Source of the DNA: Candidatus Eiseniibacteriota bacterium
Lineage (GTDB): Bacteria; Eisenbacteria; RBG-16-71-46
NCBI GenBank assembly: GCA_963707915.1
Contig: OY970178.1
Location: 1,440,001 to 1,504,000 of the forward strand
Direction: 5' to 3'
Length of the DNA: 64,000 nucleotides
Of the stretch, positions 31,896-41,708 are shown piece after piece. The notes under the pieces were generated by a model. That model saw only the letters and a program-made list of their open reading frames with translations. It did not search any database and was not told the DNA's origin. The translations under genes were made by a program, and so were the position numbers. Within the stretch, counting starts at the first letter, position 1. Each line of letters begins with the position of its first letter.

Positions 31896-33112
31896 CGCAG
31901 GATCCCCGGCGTGATGTGCCCGAGCACGACCGGGTGCGCCGCTCCGGTGGCGCTGGGGACGTTGCCTGCCAGGCCGCAGAGCGTCTGGTGCGCCAGGAAG
32001 GCGAACGCCAGCGCCTCCTTGGCCTCGGGCGGCACGCCCAGCACGGCGAGCGGCTGCAGGCTCACGCCGGCGATGCGCCGCTCGAGCGCGCGCATCAGCG
32101 TGCGGTTGCGCACCCCGCCCCCGCTCACGTAGACCGCGTCCGGCCGGCCGCGCGGCACGATGAAGCCCTGCAGGCCCGCGGCCACCGAGGCCGCGGTCAG
32201 CTCCACGGCGGTGGCCAGCACGTCCTCCTCGGAGAGCCCGAGCGAGCGCCCCAGGTCGAGCAGTTGGACCGCGTAGCCGTCGCCGAAGTGCTCGCGCCCG
32301 GTCGAGCGCGGCGGGGGCAGCGCGAAGAACGGGTCCTCGAGCAGTTCGGCCAGCAGCGCCTCGTTCACGCGGCCCCGCGCGGCCACCGCCCCGTCGGGGT
32401 CGTGCGTCTCGCGCCCGCCGCTGCGCAGCGACATCAGCGCGTCGAGCACCGCGTTGCCCGGCCCGGTGTCGAAGGCCAGCACGTCGGACAGGCTCCCGCC
32501 GCGGGCCAGCCAGGTCACGTTGGCCATGCCGCCCAGGTTGAGCAGCGCGCGCGCCTCGTCCGGCGAGCGGAAGAGCCACCAGTCGGCCAGCGGCACGAGC
32601 GGCGCGCCCTCGCCGCCCGCGGCGGTGTCGCGGGTGCGGAAGTCCGAGACCACGGTCAGGCCGCTGTGCTCGGCGAGCAGCGCGGCCGATCCCAGCTGGA
32701 GCGTGAGCGCCTGCCCGTCGCCGCGGTGGCGCGGGATGTGGCGCACGGTCTGACCGTGCGAGCCCACGGCGTCGATGCGGCCGCGGTCGACCCGGGCCCC
32801 GGCCAGCAGTTCCAGCACGGCGGCCGCGAAGCACTCGCCGAGCGCGGCATCGAGGCGCATCAGGCGCTCGGGCGCCAGTTCCGCGGCGGCCGCGACCTCC
32901 AGCACCTCGCGCCGCAGGGCGGGCTCGAACGGGGTCTCGCGGTAGGCCACGATCTCGTGCCGCGCCTCGAGTCCCAGTCCGCTGAAGCGCACCAACACGG
33001 CGTCCACGGCGTCGGCCGAGGTGCCGGTCATGAGGCCGACGATCAGGTGCTCCTCGCGCGCGGTGTAGCCGCGCACCGAGGCGAGCGCATCATGCCTGGA
33101 CGACAGGCCCAT
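31892..33112 (-). CDS. anmK: Anhydro-N-acetylmuramic acid kinase
   Basis: GLMTGTSADAVD, GSHGQT, DTAAGGEGAPLVP, NLGGMAN, FDTGPGN and KEALAFAFLA motifs. Confidence 0.95.
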   Translation of the reverse strand: MGLSSRHDALASVRGYTAREEHLIVGLMTGTSADAVDAVLVRFSGLGLEARHEIVAYRETPFEPALRREVLEVAAAAELAPERLMRLDAALGECFAAAVLELLAGARVDRGRIDAVGSHGQTVRHIPRHRGDGQALTLQLGSAALLAEHSGLTVVSDFRTRDTAAGGEGAPLVPLADWWLFRSPDEARALLNLGGMANVTWLARGGSLSDVLAFDTGPGNAVLDALMSLRSGGRETHDPDGAVAARGRVNEALLAELLEDPFFALPPPRSTGREHFGDGYAVQLLDLGRSLGLSEEDVLATAVELTAASVAAGLQGFIVPRGRPDAVYVSGGGVRNRTLMRALERRIAGVSLQPLAVLGVPPEAKEALAFAFLAHQTLCGLAGNVPSATGAAHPVVLGHITPGILR

Positions 33113-33189
33113 CGTTCCACTCCCCATCGAGGTCCGGCCCGGCCGGCGGCCGGGGATCGCGAGCCCCGGCCGGCGGAGACGGGCGCGGA

Positions 33190-34428
33190 TCACCGCTTCG
33201 TCACCAGCTTCTCCAGCTTCGCCTGTGCGTCCGCCACCGCCCGGGCGGCGCTCTTGCGGTCGTAGAGCGCCTGCTCCACCTCGTCCTCGATGACCGCCTC
33301 CATCCTGCCCCAGGCCGGGTGAGCGGGCGCGAAGCGCACGCTCCCCAGCTGCCGCGCCATCACCTGCTCCTGCGGGCGTCGTTCGAAGCAGGCGCTGGTG
33401 TCGGTGCCCGCGGTGGCGGGCTGGACGCTCTTCACCGCCTTCGCGAGCCGCAGGAGGTTCTCCGGCTGGACCAGGAAGCGCGCCAGCTCCAGCGCCACCT
33501 GCTTGTGCTTCGAGTCGTTGAAGGAGACCAGCACCTCGCCGCCGGCCCACGAGGAGTCCGTGCCCCGCCCGGCTGCGGGCCTGGGCATCAGGGCCACGCC
33601 GTAGCGCAGGCCGGGAGCCTCGCGCGGGATCCGCTCGAACATCCAGGGCCCCGTGAGTTCGAGCCCCAGGCGGCCTTCCGTGAACTCGCGGTCGAGGGAC
33701 TCCTGTCGCCCCATCGTGCCCACGCGGCGCAGGCTCAGGAGGAACTCGAGCGCCTTCACGTTCGCGACCGAGTCGAAGACGGCGCGCCGCCCGTCGTCGG
33801 AGAGGATGCTCCCGCGGTTGGCGAACAGGAACGGCAGCACCTCCTTCGCGAGCACCCCGCGCTCGCCGGCCGGGACCCCGTAGCCGTGCACTCCGCCGCC
33901 GAGCCGCTGGATGGCCGCGGCCGCACGCCGCAGCTCGTCCCAGGTCGCGGGCGGGCGGGTCGAGTCGAGCCGGGCGCGCGCGAAGAGCGTCTTGTTGTAG
34001 AAGAGCGCGCGCGTCTCGAGCGTCCACGGCACCCCGTAGGTCACCTCGCCCACCGAGCAGAGCTCCCAGCCGCGCAGTCGCGGCCGCAGATCGGCCACGC
34101 CGGCGCTCCAGTCCGCCAGCCGGCTGCCCGCGAGCAGCCCCGGCAGCCACGCCGAGCCGACCTGGCACAGGTCGGGCGCCGTTCCCGAGGCCAGGGCGGA
34201 GAGGATGCGCTCCTCGCCGCTCTGGAGCGTGAGTTGCTCGGTGCGGACCTTGAGGCCGGGATGGGTGCGCTCGAAGTCCGCGACGATCGGGGCCACGACC
34301 CGGGCGGGCCAGGACTGCCAGAAGACGATCTCCTGCACCTCCGGCGGCTTCCTCGCCGGCGTGCAGGAGAGGACGGCCAGCAGTCCGGCGGCGAGCGCGA
34401 AGCGGGGCCACGCGGTCCTGCGCGTCAC
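33190..34428 (-). CDS. ABC-type sugar-binding lipoprotein (SBP family 1)
   Basis: Lipobox LAVLSC; SGTAPD, YGVPW…LFYNKTLF and PPATWDEL; GTGA overlap with murQ. Confidence 0.85.
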   Translation of the reverse strand: MTRRTAWPRFALAAGLLAVLSCTPARKPPEVQEIVFWQSWPARVVAPIVADFERTHPGLKVRTEQLTLQSGEERILSALASGTAPDLCQVGSAWLPGLLAGSRLADWSAGVADLRPRLRGWELCSVGEVTYGVPWTLETRALFYNKTLFARARLDSTRPPATWDELRRAAAAIQRLGGGVHGYGVPAGERGVLAKEVLPFLFANRGSILSDDGRRAVFDSVANVKALEFLLSLRRVGTMGRQESLDREFTEGRLGLELTGPWMFERIPREAPGLRYGVALMPRPAAGRGTDSSWAGGEVLVSFNDSKHKQVALELARFLVQPENLLRLAKAVKSVQPATAGTDTSACFERRPQEQVMARQLGSVRFAPAHPAWGRMEAVIEDEVEQALYDRKSAARAVADAQAKLEKLVTKR

Positions 34429-35345
34429 GGCGTCCCTCCCAGCGCGGCCCGGACGAACCCGCCCGCGTCCGCGAGCCGGGCCTCGGCCTCGGCGCGGGGG
34501 CAGTCCAGCTTCAGCATCACGATGGCGGTCTTCACGCTCCCGCCCGCCGCCTCGATGGCGCGGGCCGCCCGCTCGCGATCGACGCCCGTCACGGTCATGA
34601 CCGTGCGCCGGCCGCGCTCCACCAGCTTCTCGCTGGTGGCCATCAGGTCCACCATCATGTTCTCGTAGGCCTTGCCCAGGCGCACGAAGGCGGCGGTCGT
34701 GATCATGTTGAGCACCAGTTTCTGGGCCGTGCCCGACTTCATCCGGGTGGAACCCATCAGCACCTCGGGGCCGACCTCGGGGCAGATGGCCACGTCCACC
34801 TCCAGCGCGAACTCCGGGCGCGGCGTGCAGGTGACGAGGCCCGTGCGCGCCCCGAGCCGGCGGGCCTGCGCGAGGGCCGCGAGCACGAAGGGAGTGCGGC
34901 GGCTCGCGGCCAGGCCGATCACCGTGTCCTTCGGCCCCACCCCGCACTTGAGCATCGCCTGGCCGCCCTCGTCCACGCGGTCCTCGGCGCCCTCGACCGC
35001 GCGGACCAGCGCGCCGTAGCCGCCGGCGATCACGCCCTGCACCAGCTCCGGGTCGCAGCCGAACGTGGGCGGACACTCCGAGGCGTCGAGCACCCCCAGC
35101 CGCCCGCTCGTGCCGGCGCCGACGTAGAACAGTCGCCCGCCCGCGCGGAACGAGGCCACGACCAGCTCGACCGCCCGCGCGATGTGGGGGATCTCCTTCG
35201 CCACCGCCCCGGGCACGGTGCGGTCCTCGGCCGAGATGCGCGCGAGGATGCCCGCGACGTCAAGGGTGTCGAGGTCGAGGGTGCGTGGATTGCGCTGCTC
35301 GGTGGCGAGGCGGGCGAACTCCTCGAAGCGGGAATCGTCTTCCAT
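34425..35345 (-). CDS. murQ: N-acetylmuramic acid 6-phosphate etherase
   Basis: TEQRNP, GAGTSGRLGVLDASECPPTFG and GPEVLMGSTRMKSGTAQKLVLNM motifs. Confidence 0.96.
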   Translation of the reverse strand: MEDDSRFEEFARLATEQRNPRTLDLDTLDVAGILARISAEDRTVPGAVAKEIPHIARAVELVVASFRAGGRLFYVGAGTSGRLGVLDASECPPTFGCDPELVQGVIAGGYGALVRAVEGAEDRVDEGGQAMLKCGVGPKDTVIGLAASRRTPFVLAALAQARRLGARTGLVTCTPRPEFALEVDVAICPEVGPEVLMGSTRMKSGTAQKLVLNMITTAAFVRLGKAYENMMVDLMATSEKLVERGRRTVMTVTGVDRERAARAIEAAGGSVKTAIVMLKLDCPRAEAEARLADAGGFVRAALGGTP

Positions 35346-35643
35346 GCGCTCCCCCGGGGCGGAAGGTCGTCCGTGGACGGATGCAGGATGCACGCTGCCG
35401 AAACGCCACGCAAACAGGTACGGTGTGGGGCCGCCACCCCCGTCGCGGACTCGCAGTGTGCCTGGAGACCGCACCCCTGCGGATGCGGATGGCAACTGCC
35501 AAGTCCAGCGGAGCTATCGCAGGGCCAAGCAGGGCAGATGGTTGCTGGCCAGGCAAAGGTAGCGCGGGACCCATGAGAGTAACGGGTCACGACCGCTCTG
35601 AAGGCCAGGGCGACCAACGCCGTCCCTCGATCCCAAACACCGA

Positions 35644-35672
35644 GCGGCCACCCCCACAGTGGAGGTGGCCGC
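35644..35672 (-). terminator. Hairpin downstream of the 35708..37149 gene
   Basis: GCGGCCACC-CCCACAGTGGA-GGTGGCCGC inverted repeat about 35 nt after the TAA at 35708. Confidence 0.5.
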
Positions 35673-35707
35673 CCTGAAGCAGACGGCTTGAGGAGTGCCG
35701 TTCGAAG

Positions 35708-37149
35708 TTACTGAAGCACCGCGACCCGCGTCACTCGCGTGTTCGCACCCTGCGTTAGACGCACCAGGTAGAGTCCTGGTGGCAGGCGACGACCCGCAGC
35801 CAGGTCCATGGTGTGGCGGCCAGCGCCCACTTCGCGTGAGCATCCGCCGGCCACCCACGTCCAGCAACTGCAGTGCCGGTGCCTGCCGCCGGCAGTGAGA
35901 AGCGCACCCTCAACCGTCGCCGCGTGACGGATTCGGGCGCACGGGCGAGCGCGAACGCGAGGGGAGCGCCGGGCACCGCGTCGTCGACGGCGGTCGGCAC
36001 CGCCTGCGGGATGAACGACCACTGCAGGTTGTCGAGCAGGACGGTCGAGTCCCAACCGTGGTCGCCGACGTCGAACAGGAAGAACTCCAGCGTGATGACC
36101 TCGCCGGGGACCACCGGGGCCTGGGCCGCCAGCCAGCTGGTGGCCGCGTCGCCGGCCGGGTCGAAGCCCGTTCCCTGAAGTCTGGCCGATCCCAGCGGAC
36201 ACGGCTGGTACTGCTGCGGGGTGCAGATGTCATACCAGGTCGTCCCCACGGTTATCGGTCGGAAGAGGGCATCGAACGTGATGTTCCGGTCGACCGGTAT
36301 GCCCGCGGCGTTCGTGGTCAGCAGCGCCAGGAAATGGTCGTTGTACGCCGTGCAGACATCCGGGAATTGCGAGGTCAGGAAGGCGTAGTTCAAGCCGATC
36401 GCGTTGGCGTTGGTGGGCACGCGCACGCGCAGCCGCAGCAGCACGCCGTCGAAAACGGGCGTGTTGCCGGGGATCACGGGACACCCCGAGTAGCCACCAA
36501 TCAACCGGCCACCGTGCGCGGCGACGAAGGCGGCCGGCGGCAGCGAACTGTTCGTGGCGTCCTCGAAGCCCGGTGCCGGGGGAATGTAGCCGGGTTCACC
36601 TGTGGCGCGCGCGGTGCCGGTGGACAGGACCGCCATCGTCGCGTTGCCCTGAGGCAGAATGCCGCCCGTGCCGAATTGGGTGTTGACCGCGACCTGGACC
36701 TGGGCAGGCGCCGCGCCGTCCGTTTCCGAACGCCGAAGTTCGGCCGACACCACACCCCAACCACGTTGCGCCAACGGCGGATTCTCGACGGTGTTCCGGC
36801 ACAGGTCCATCGCCCGGACCAGTGCGATTCCGTCCACCCCTGAAAACTGCGACCCGGTGCTGCAGTCGTCGGCCACGGGATCGTCGATGATGCCGTTGCA
36901 GTCGTCGTCGATGCCGTTGCCGGGAATCTCGAAGGCGCCCGGATTCACCAGTTCCGGCGAGGTGACCAACCCGCTTGGGACATCGTAGAGGTCGCCGTCG
37001 GCAACGCTCCAGCCGTCGCCGTCGAGGTCCTGGGCGGCAACGGGAGTCGCCGCGGAAGCGAGCAGGGCCGCGAGGCAGGCGATAGCCACCATGGCGGTGA
37101 GCGAACACGCCGGGATCGCGAAACGCGGCAAGGGATGAGAAGCGCCCAT
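35708..37149 (-). CDS. Secreted protein with MopE-like metal-binding motif and choice-of-anchor-L-like domain; C-terminal sorting-like domain frameshifted
   Basis: Signal peptide; DLDGDGW…VNPGAFEIPGNGIDDDCNGIIDD; LSTG, YNDHFLA and FDVGDHGWDSTVLLDN; C-terminal domain split over three frames (VRPNPSRG / LRVRFSLP / LQLLDVGGRR / GRHTMDL…PGLYLVRL). Confidence 0.7.
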
Positions 37150-37510
37150 GGTGGGCTCCGATCGTCGTGGGAGACGAGCCCTGATCGGGCCCGTGAACAC
37201 GCCGGTCAACATCGCCAGGGACCGCACCCGGACCGGCGTACGGTCACGATGGTGGTGTGTCGCCTGAGTGTAGTCCAATCCGTTCGCCCCATCGCATGGT
37301 ACCTATGGACCGTCGCCGACGTGTACTGGTGGAGACTCTGACGCCTCGCTGAAAGCCGAACGCCGTCCGCCATGAACATGGCATCCAGCACCGGGGAGGA
37401 CCGGCAGCAACACGGACGTCCGGGCGGGCCGCTGCTGCTCTGGCGGGCCCTGGTCAGCCCGTAGCGCTTCGCCTTGCGCCCGCCGCCTCCCGCCCCCTAG
37501 CCTGCCCCCC

Positions 37511-38395
37511 ATGCCCGAGCTGCCCGAGGTCGAGACCGTGCGGCGCATGCTGGACGAGAGCGTGCGCGGGCGCACGATCCGCTCGGTCACGCTCTCGGGC
37601 CTGAAGCTGCGCGAGCCCGTCCCGACCACCCTGCCGCGGCGGCTGCGCGGACGCACCATCGAGCGCGTCGGGCGCACCGCGAAGTTCCTGCTCATCGGGC
37701 TCGACGGCGACCTCACGCTCCTCTCCCACCTCGGCATGAGCGGGCGCTGGCTGGTCCTGCGCCCGGGCGAGCGCCCGGCGCTCGAGCACGTCCATGCCCG
37801 CATCCGCTTCACCGACGGCACGGGGCTCTGGTTCCAGGACGCGCGGCGCTTCGGGCTGCTGCGTCTCGTCCCCACGCCGGACATCGGCAGCGACCCGGCG
37901 CTCGCGCGGCTGGGCCCCGATCCGGTGGCCGCGCCGCCGACCGGCGCCGGGCTCAGAGCCGTGGCCCGGGGTTCCCGCGTGGCGGTGAAGACCTTCCTCA
38001 TGGACCAGCGGCGCATCGCCGGCCTCGGCAACATCTACGCGAGCGAGGTCCTGCACCGGGCGGGGGTGGATCCGCGGCGCAGCGCCGGCGGACTCGGGGG
38101 ACCCGAGTGGGACGCGATCGCGGCCGGGATCCGGACCGTGCTGGCCGAGGCGATCGAGGGGATGGGCACGACCTTCAGCACCTACCGGTCGGTCTGGGGC
38201 GAGCCGGGACAGTACGGCGAATCGCTCCGCGTCTACGACCGCGCGAACCAGCCATGCCGCCGGTGCGGCACCCCCATCCGGCGCATCGTGCAGGGGCAAC
38301 GCTCCACCTTCTACTGCCCCTCCTGTCAGGGGGGCCGGGCCGGGCCCCCGGGGCCCCGGCCGGGGCGGGTCCGCACCCCCCGCAAGCCCCGCTGA
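37511..38395 (+). CDS. mutM: Formamidopyrimidine-DNA glycosylase
   Basis: MPELPEVE, HLGMSG, GLGNIYASE and zinc finger CRRC…CPSCQ. Confidence 0.97.
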   Translation: MPELPEVETVRRMLDESVRGRTIRSVTLSGLKLREPVPTTLPRRLRGRTIERVGRTAKFLLIGLDGDLTLLSHLGMSGRWLVLRPGERPALEHVHARIRFTDGTGLWFQDARRFGLLRLVPTPDIGSDPALARLGPDPVAAPPTGAGLRAVARGSRVAVKTFLMDQRRIAGLGNIYASEVLHRAGVDPRRSAGGLGGPEWDAIAAGIRTVLAEAIEGMGTTFSTYRSVWGEPGQYGESLRVYDRANQPCRRCGTPIRRIVQGQRSTFYCPSCQGGRAGPPGPRPGRVRTPRKPR

Positions 38396-38569
38396 ACCGG
38401 CGCCCGGCAAGTCTTTTCACGTTCCTGTCCTTCGGCCAGCGAAATCCATTGCCCCAGGGGGCGCTGGCGCCTAATCTGTGCCACGTTGACACATCTACTG
38501 AGCCGGCGGGAGACGCCCGGCATCGATTCGACCGCTCGAGGCGGTCCAGACCATCCCAACGGAGGGTTC

Positions 38570-40144
38570 GTGACCTTCGCATCGCTGGGGCTGCCCCAGA
38601 CCATCCTCAAGGGCATCCGGGCCGCAGGCCTGAGCGAACCGACCGCCATCCAGAGCAAGGCCATCCCGACCATCCTGCAGGGCAATGACCTCATCGGCGT
38701 GGCCCCCAGCGGGTCCGGCAAGACCGGCACCTACCTGATCCCGATCCTGGCCCGCCTGATCGATTCCTCTCCCCGGCTGCGCTGCCTCATCCTGGTCCCG
38801 ACCCGGGAGCTGGCGGCCTACGTCGAGACCCGCTGCCGCGACTACGCCCGCTACACCAGCGTCCAGGTCGGCGTGGTCTTCAGCGGCGGCCCCCTGCCGA
38901 CCCAGGAGCGGGTCCTGCGGCACCAGGAGGTGGACATCCTGGTGGCGACCCCGACCCGGCTGCTCGAGCTGCAGGACCGCAAGGCGGTCAACTTCGAGTA
39001 CCTCGAGGTGCTGGTGCTGGAGGAGGCCGACCGCATGGTGAGCATGGGCATGGGCCCCGAGCTGCGCCGGCTGCTGAAGCTGCTGCCCGAGACGCGCCAG
39101 ACCCTGATGTTCACGATGAGCCTGCCGCCCGAGCTGAATCGCCTCGCCAAGGAGGCGCTCATCGAACCGGTGCGCGTGGACCTCGCCCCCGGGCCGCGCC
39201 CGGGCACGGGGATCCGCCAGGTCATCTACCCGGTGCCGCGCGAGCTCAAGCCCGACTTCCTCAACCACATGCTCGCCGAGGGGGAGTTGTGGGGCGGCAG
39301 CGAGGTGCGCAGCCTGGTGCTGTTCACGCGCGGTCGCTATGGGGCCGACCGCCTGGCGCGCATGCTCCACCGTCGCAACTACGTGGCCGCGGTGCTGGAC
39401 GACTTCCCGAGCCAGCAGGAGCGCGAGCAGGCGCTCGAGGACCTGCGCCGCGGGCGCACGCAGATCCTGGTGGCCAGCGACGGCGCGGGCCGCAGCCTCG
39501 ATCTCTCGGGCGTGTCGCACGTCGTGAACTACGACGTGCCCCAGACGCCCGAGGACTACGCCCACCGGCTGGGCCGGCCGGGCCGTCCCGACGCGCCCGG
39601 CAACATGTTCACGCTCATGGGCACGGAGGAGCAGAAGGACCTGGTCGGCATCGAGCGCCTGCTGGGCCGCACGATCGAGCGCTCGTTCCTGCCGGCGTTC
39701 GACTACGGCATGCGCCCGAGCGAGATCAAGCAGGTGCTCTCCTACGACGACGAGTGGTCGTGGCCCAAGCGCCCGGCGAGCGGTGTCCAGTCGGCCGCGG
39801 CGCGCATCGCCGCGGGCCCCCCGGTGCGCGTCCCGGCGCCCCCGGCGCCGTCCATCCCGCAGCGTTCCGTGCTGATGTCGGCCCCGGCGCCGCCGCTGCG
39901 CACGCTCGCTCCCTCCCCGCCGAAGAAGCCGGCCGCCACACCCGGGAGGCCCTGGCTCTCGCCTCCCAAGCCGAGCCCCTCGTCCCACGCGAAGCAGGCG
40001 GCGGGCACGAAGCGCCCGCTCTCCGGGGCCGCAAAGAAGAGCGCCGCAGCGAAGAAGGCGGGCGCGGCGGCGCAGCAGCGCGGCAAGCCGGCCGCGCGCC
40101 CGGCGAAGAAGCTGGCGCACCCGGTCCAGAAGCGGAAGAGGTAG
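38570..40144 (+). CDS. RhlE-like DEAD-box RNA helicase homolog with degenerate motifs and a basic P/A/K tail
   Basis: GGAGG before GTG 38570; Q motif PTAIQ, GSGKT and PTRELA are intact, but EEAD, TMS and HRLGRPGR are variant. Confidence 0.85.
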   Translation: MTFASLGLPQTILKGIRAAGLSEPTAIQSKAIPTILQGNDLIGVAPSGSGKTGTYLIPILARLIDSSPRLRCLILVPTRELAAYVETRCRDYARYTSVQVGVVFSGGPLPTQERVLRHQEVDILVATPTRLLELQDRKAVNFEYLEVLVLEEADRMVSMGMGPELRRLLKLLPETRQTLMFTMSLPPELNRLAKEALIEPVRVDLAPGPRPGTGIRQVIYPVPRELKPDFLNHMLAEGELWGGSEVRSLVLFTRGRYGADRLARMLHRRNYVAAVLDDFPSQQEREQALEDLRRGRTQILVASDGAGRSLDLSGVSHVVNYDVPQTPEDYAHRLGRPGRPDAPGNMFTLMGTEEQKDLVGIERLLGRTIERSFLPAFDYGMRPSEIKQVLSYDDEWSWPKRPASGVQSAAARIAAGPPVRVPAPPAPSIPQRSVLMSAPAPPLRTLAPSPPKKPAATPGRPWLSPPKPSPSSHAKQAAGTKRPLSGAAKKSAAAKKAGAAAQQRGKPAARPAKKLAHPVQKRKR

Positions 40145-40157
40145 CAGCGGGACTGCA

Positions 40158-40213
40158 GGACGAGATGGCCGCGGCCGCCGGAAGGCCATCCGGCGGCCGC
40201 GGCCATTTCGTCC
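40158..40213. terminator. Long hairpin between convergent genes (probable bidirectional terminator)
   Basis: GGACGAGATGGCCGCGGCCGCCGGA-AGGCCA-TCCGGCGGCCGCGGCCATTTCGTCC: 25-bp stem with one G-U pair. Confidence 0.75.
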
Positions 40214-40235
40214 TCCGGGCGTCGCCCCCCGGCCG

Positions 40236-41708
40236 CTATCTCGGCCCCAGCAGCTCCCATCCGGCGATGCCCGGATTGGCGACCGTCTCCCAGCGCGATG
40301 CGGCCACGTCGAAGACGTGCAGCGTCGCCGGGGGCTTCGGGCCGGGCTCGAAGGCCAGCAAGTACGAGCCTCCGGGGGCGGCCACGAGCGTTCCGCCCTT
40401 GACGCGCGGCATGTCGAGCACCAGCAGCTTCCCGGTCGCGAAGTCGGCACGCGCGAGCCCCGGAGGAGCCCCCCGCAGGGCTGCCGTCTGGACCAGCACC
40501 TCCCCCAGCGCCGTCTCGAACAGGGCAGCGGGATCGAGCCCGCCAAGGGCGACGCGCCGCGGCGAGTCCCCGAGGGGATCCCACAGCAGGAGACTGTCGC
40601 CAGCCACGAATCCCACGCGGCGGCTCCGGGCCGCAGGCAGCGCCGCGCGGATCGGGTCGGCCGTGCGCAGGATCGTGGAATCGGCCCCGCCGTCCTCGGG
40701 TCTCCGGACCACCTGCCCGCCGGCGGCCCAGACCAGCGCCCGGTGGACATCGTCATAGCCCAGCCACACCACGTCGTCCCGCGATCGCACTTCCACCGTG
40801 GGGTTCGGATCGTGGGTCCGGATCGCGCGGATGGTCGGGCCGACCGCCCACCAGACCGTGCCGGGGCTGACCGCGCGCCGCCGGGCGGCCGAGAGGTCCC
40901 CGGCGTCGAAGACGCGCCAGCGGCCGGGCATCGGGTAGAGCAGGTACCGGCCGGGCGTGGCCGCGCGGCCTTCGAGCAGGTCGCCGGGTCCACGACCCTG
41001 TGCGGTGAGGCTGGGAACGCCTTCCTCCATGGGCGTGTGCACGTCGGACAGGCGCCGTCCCGTCTGCGGCAGGTACTCGAGGCGGTCGCGCAGCACGAGC
41101 GCGTTCACCAGGTAGATCGGCGCCGGCTCCAGGGATTCGAGCCCCACGGCGAACGCCTTGCTCACGACGAAGCCCTCGCCACTGTCGGCCGGCACCGCGG
41201 CGATGCCGTCGTCGTAGCCGAAGACCAGCGCGCGGTCGTCCGGGGTCCACTGGAGCGTGTTCGACGCGACGCGCCTCATGAGTGCGTTGGGCTGGACGAG
41301 CCTACCGCCCCGCGAGCCCTGGTCCTCGGTCGAGGGGACCCCCGCCTCCGAGTGGGGCTGTCCGTAGCGCTGGGCCTCGAACGCGAAGTAGCGCATGCGC
41401 AACTCACCGCCCCCCGGTCCGTCGACCCACAGTCGCGTGGTGTCCCGATCGTACGCCCGCGTCAGCCAGGCCACCCGCCGCCCGTCGGCGCTCACGCGGA
41501 CGCGCACGAGGCGCTGGCCATCCGCCGGGCGCCAGAGGGTCTCGGGCGCGGCGAGGCTGAAGGGCGCCCGCAGCAACGTGCCGTCCGCGCCGAGGAAGAC
41601 CACGGTGTCGGGAACGGCCGAGAACACCTCGCTCCAGGTGGCCGCCCGGGTGGGCGACCCCAGCGCCAGCGCCGCGCAGATGGCGAGCGCCACCGTCCGG
41701 TACTTCAC
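40236..41708 (-). CDS. Exported hypothetical protein, probably beta-propeller-like
   Basis: GGAGG before GTG 41708; signal peptide …LALGSPTRA; VSADGRRVAW and LQWTPDDRALVF TolB-like strands. Confidence 0.65.
   Translation of the reverse strand: MKYRTVALAICAALALGSPTRAATWSEVFSAVPDTVVFLGADGTLLRAPFSLAAPETLWRPADGQRLVRVRVSADGRRVAWLTRAYDRDTTRLWVDGPGGGELRMRYFAFEAQRYGQPHSEAGVPSTEDQGSRGGRLVQPNALMRRVASNTLQWTPDDRALVFGYDDGIAAVPADSGEGFVVSKAFAVGLESLEPAPIYLVNALVLRDRLEYLPQTGRRLSDVHTPMEEGVPSLTAQGRGPGDLLEGRAATPGRYLLYPMPGRWRVFDAGDLSAARRRAVSPGTVWWAVGPTIRAIRTHDPNPTVEVRSRDDVVWLGYDDVHRALVWAAGGQVVRRPEDGGADSTILRTADPIRAALPAARSRRVGFVAGDSLLLWDPLGDSPRRVALGGLDPAALFETALGEVLVQTAALRGAPPGLARADFATGKLLVLDMPRVKGGTLVAAPGGSYLLAFEPGPKPPATLHVFDVAASRWETVANPGIAGWELLGPR

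Noticed and set aside
35346..35640. About 300-bp intergenic region upstream of murQ as a riboswitch or ncRNA
   Set aside because: I could not recognise any known motif or convincing structure; an Rfam scan would be needed.
38468..38484. TGGCAC-N7-GC on the minus strand as a sigma54 promoter
   Set aside because: The -12 element is poor (AGGC, not TTGC) and it points antisense into the end of mutM.
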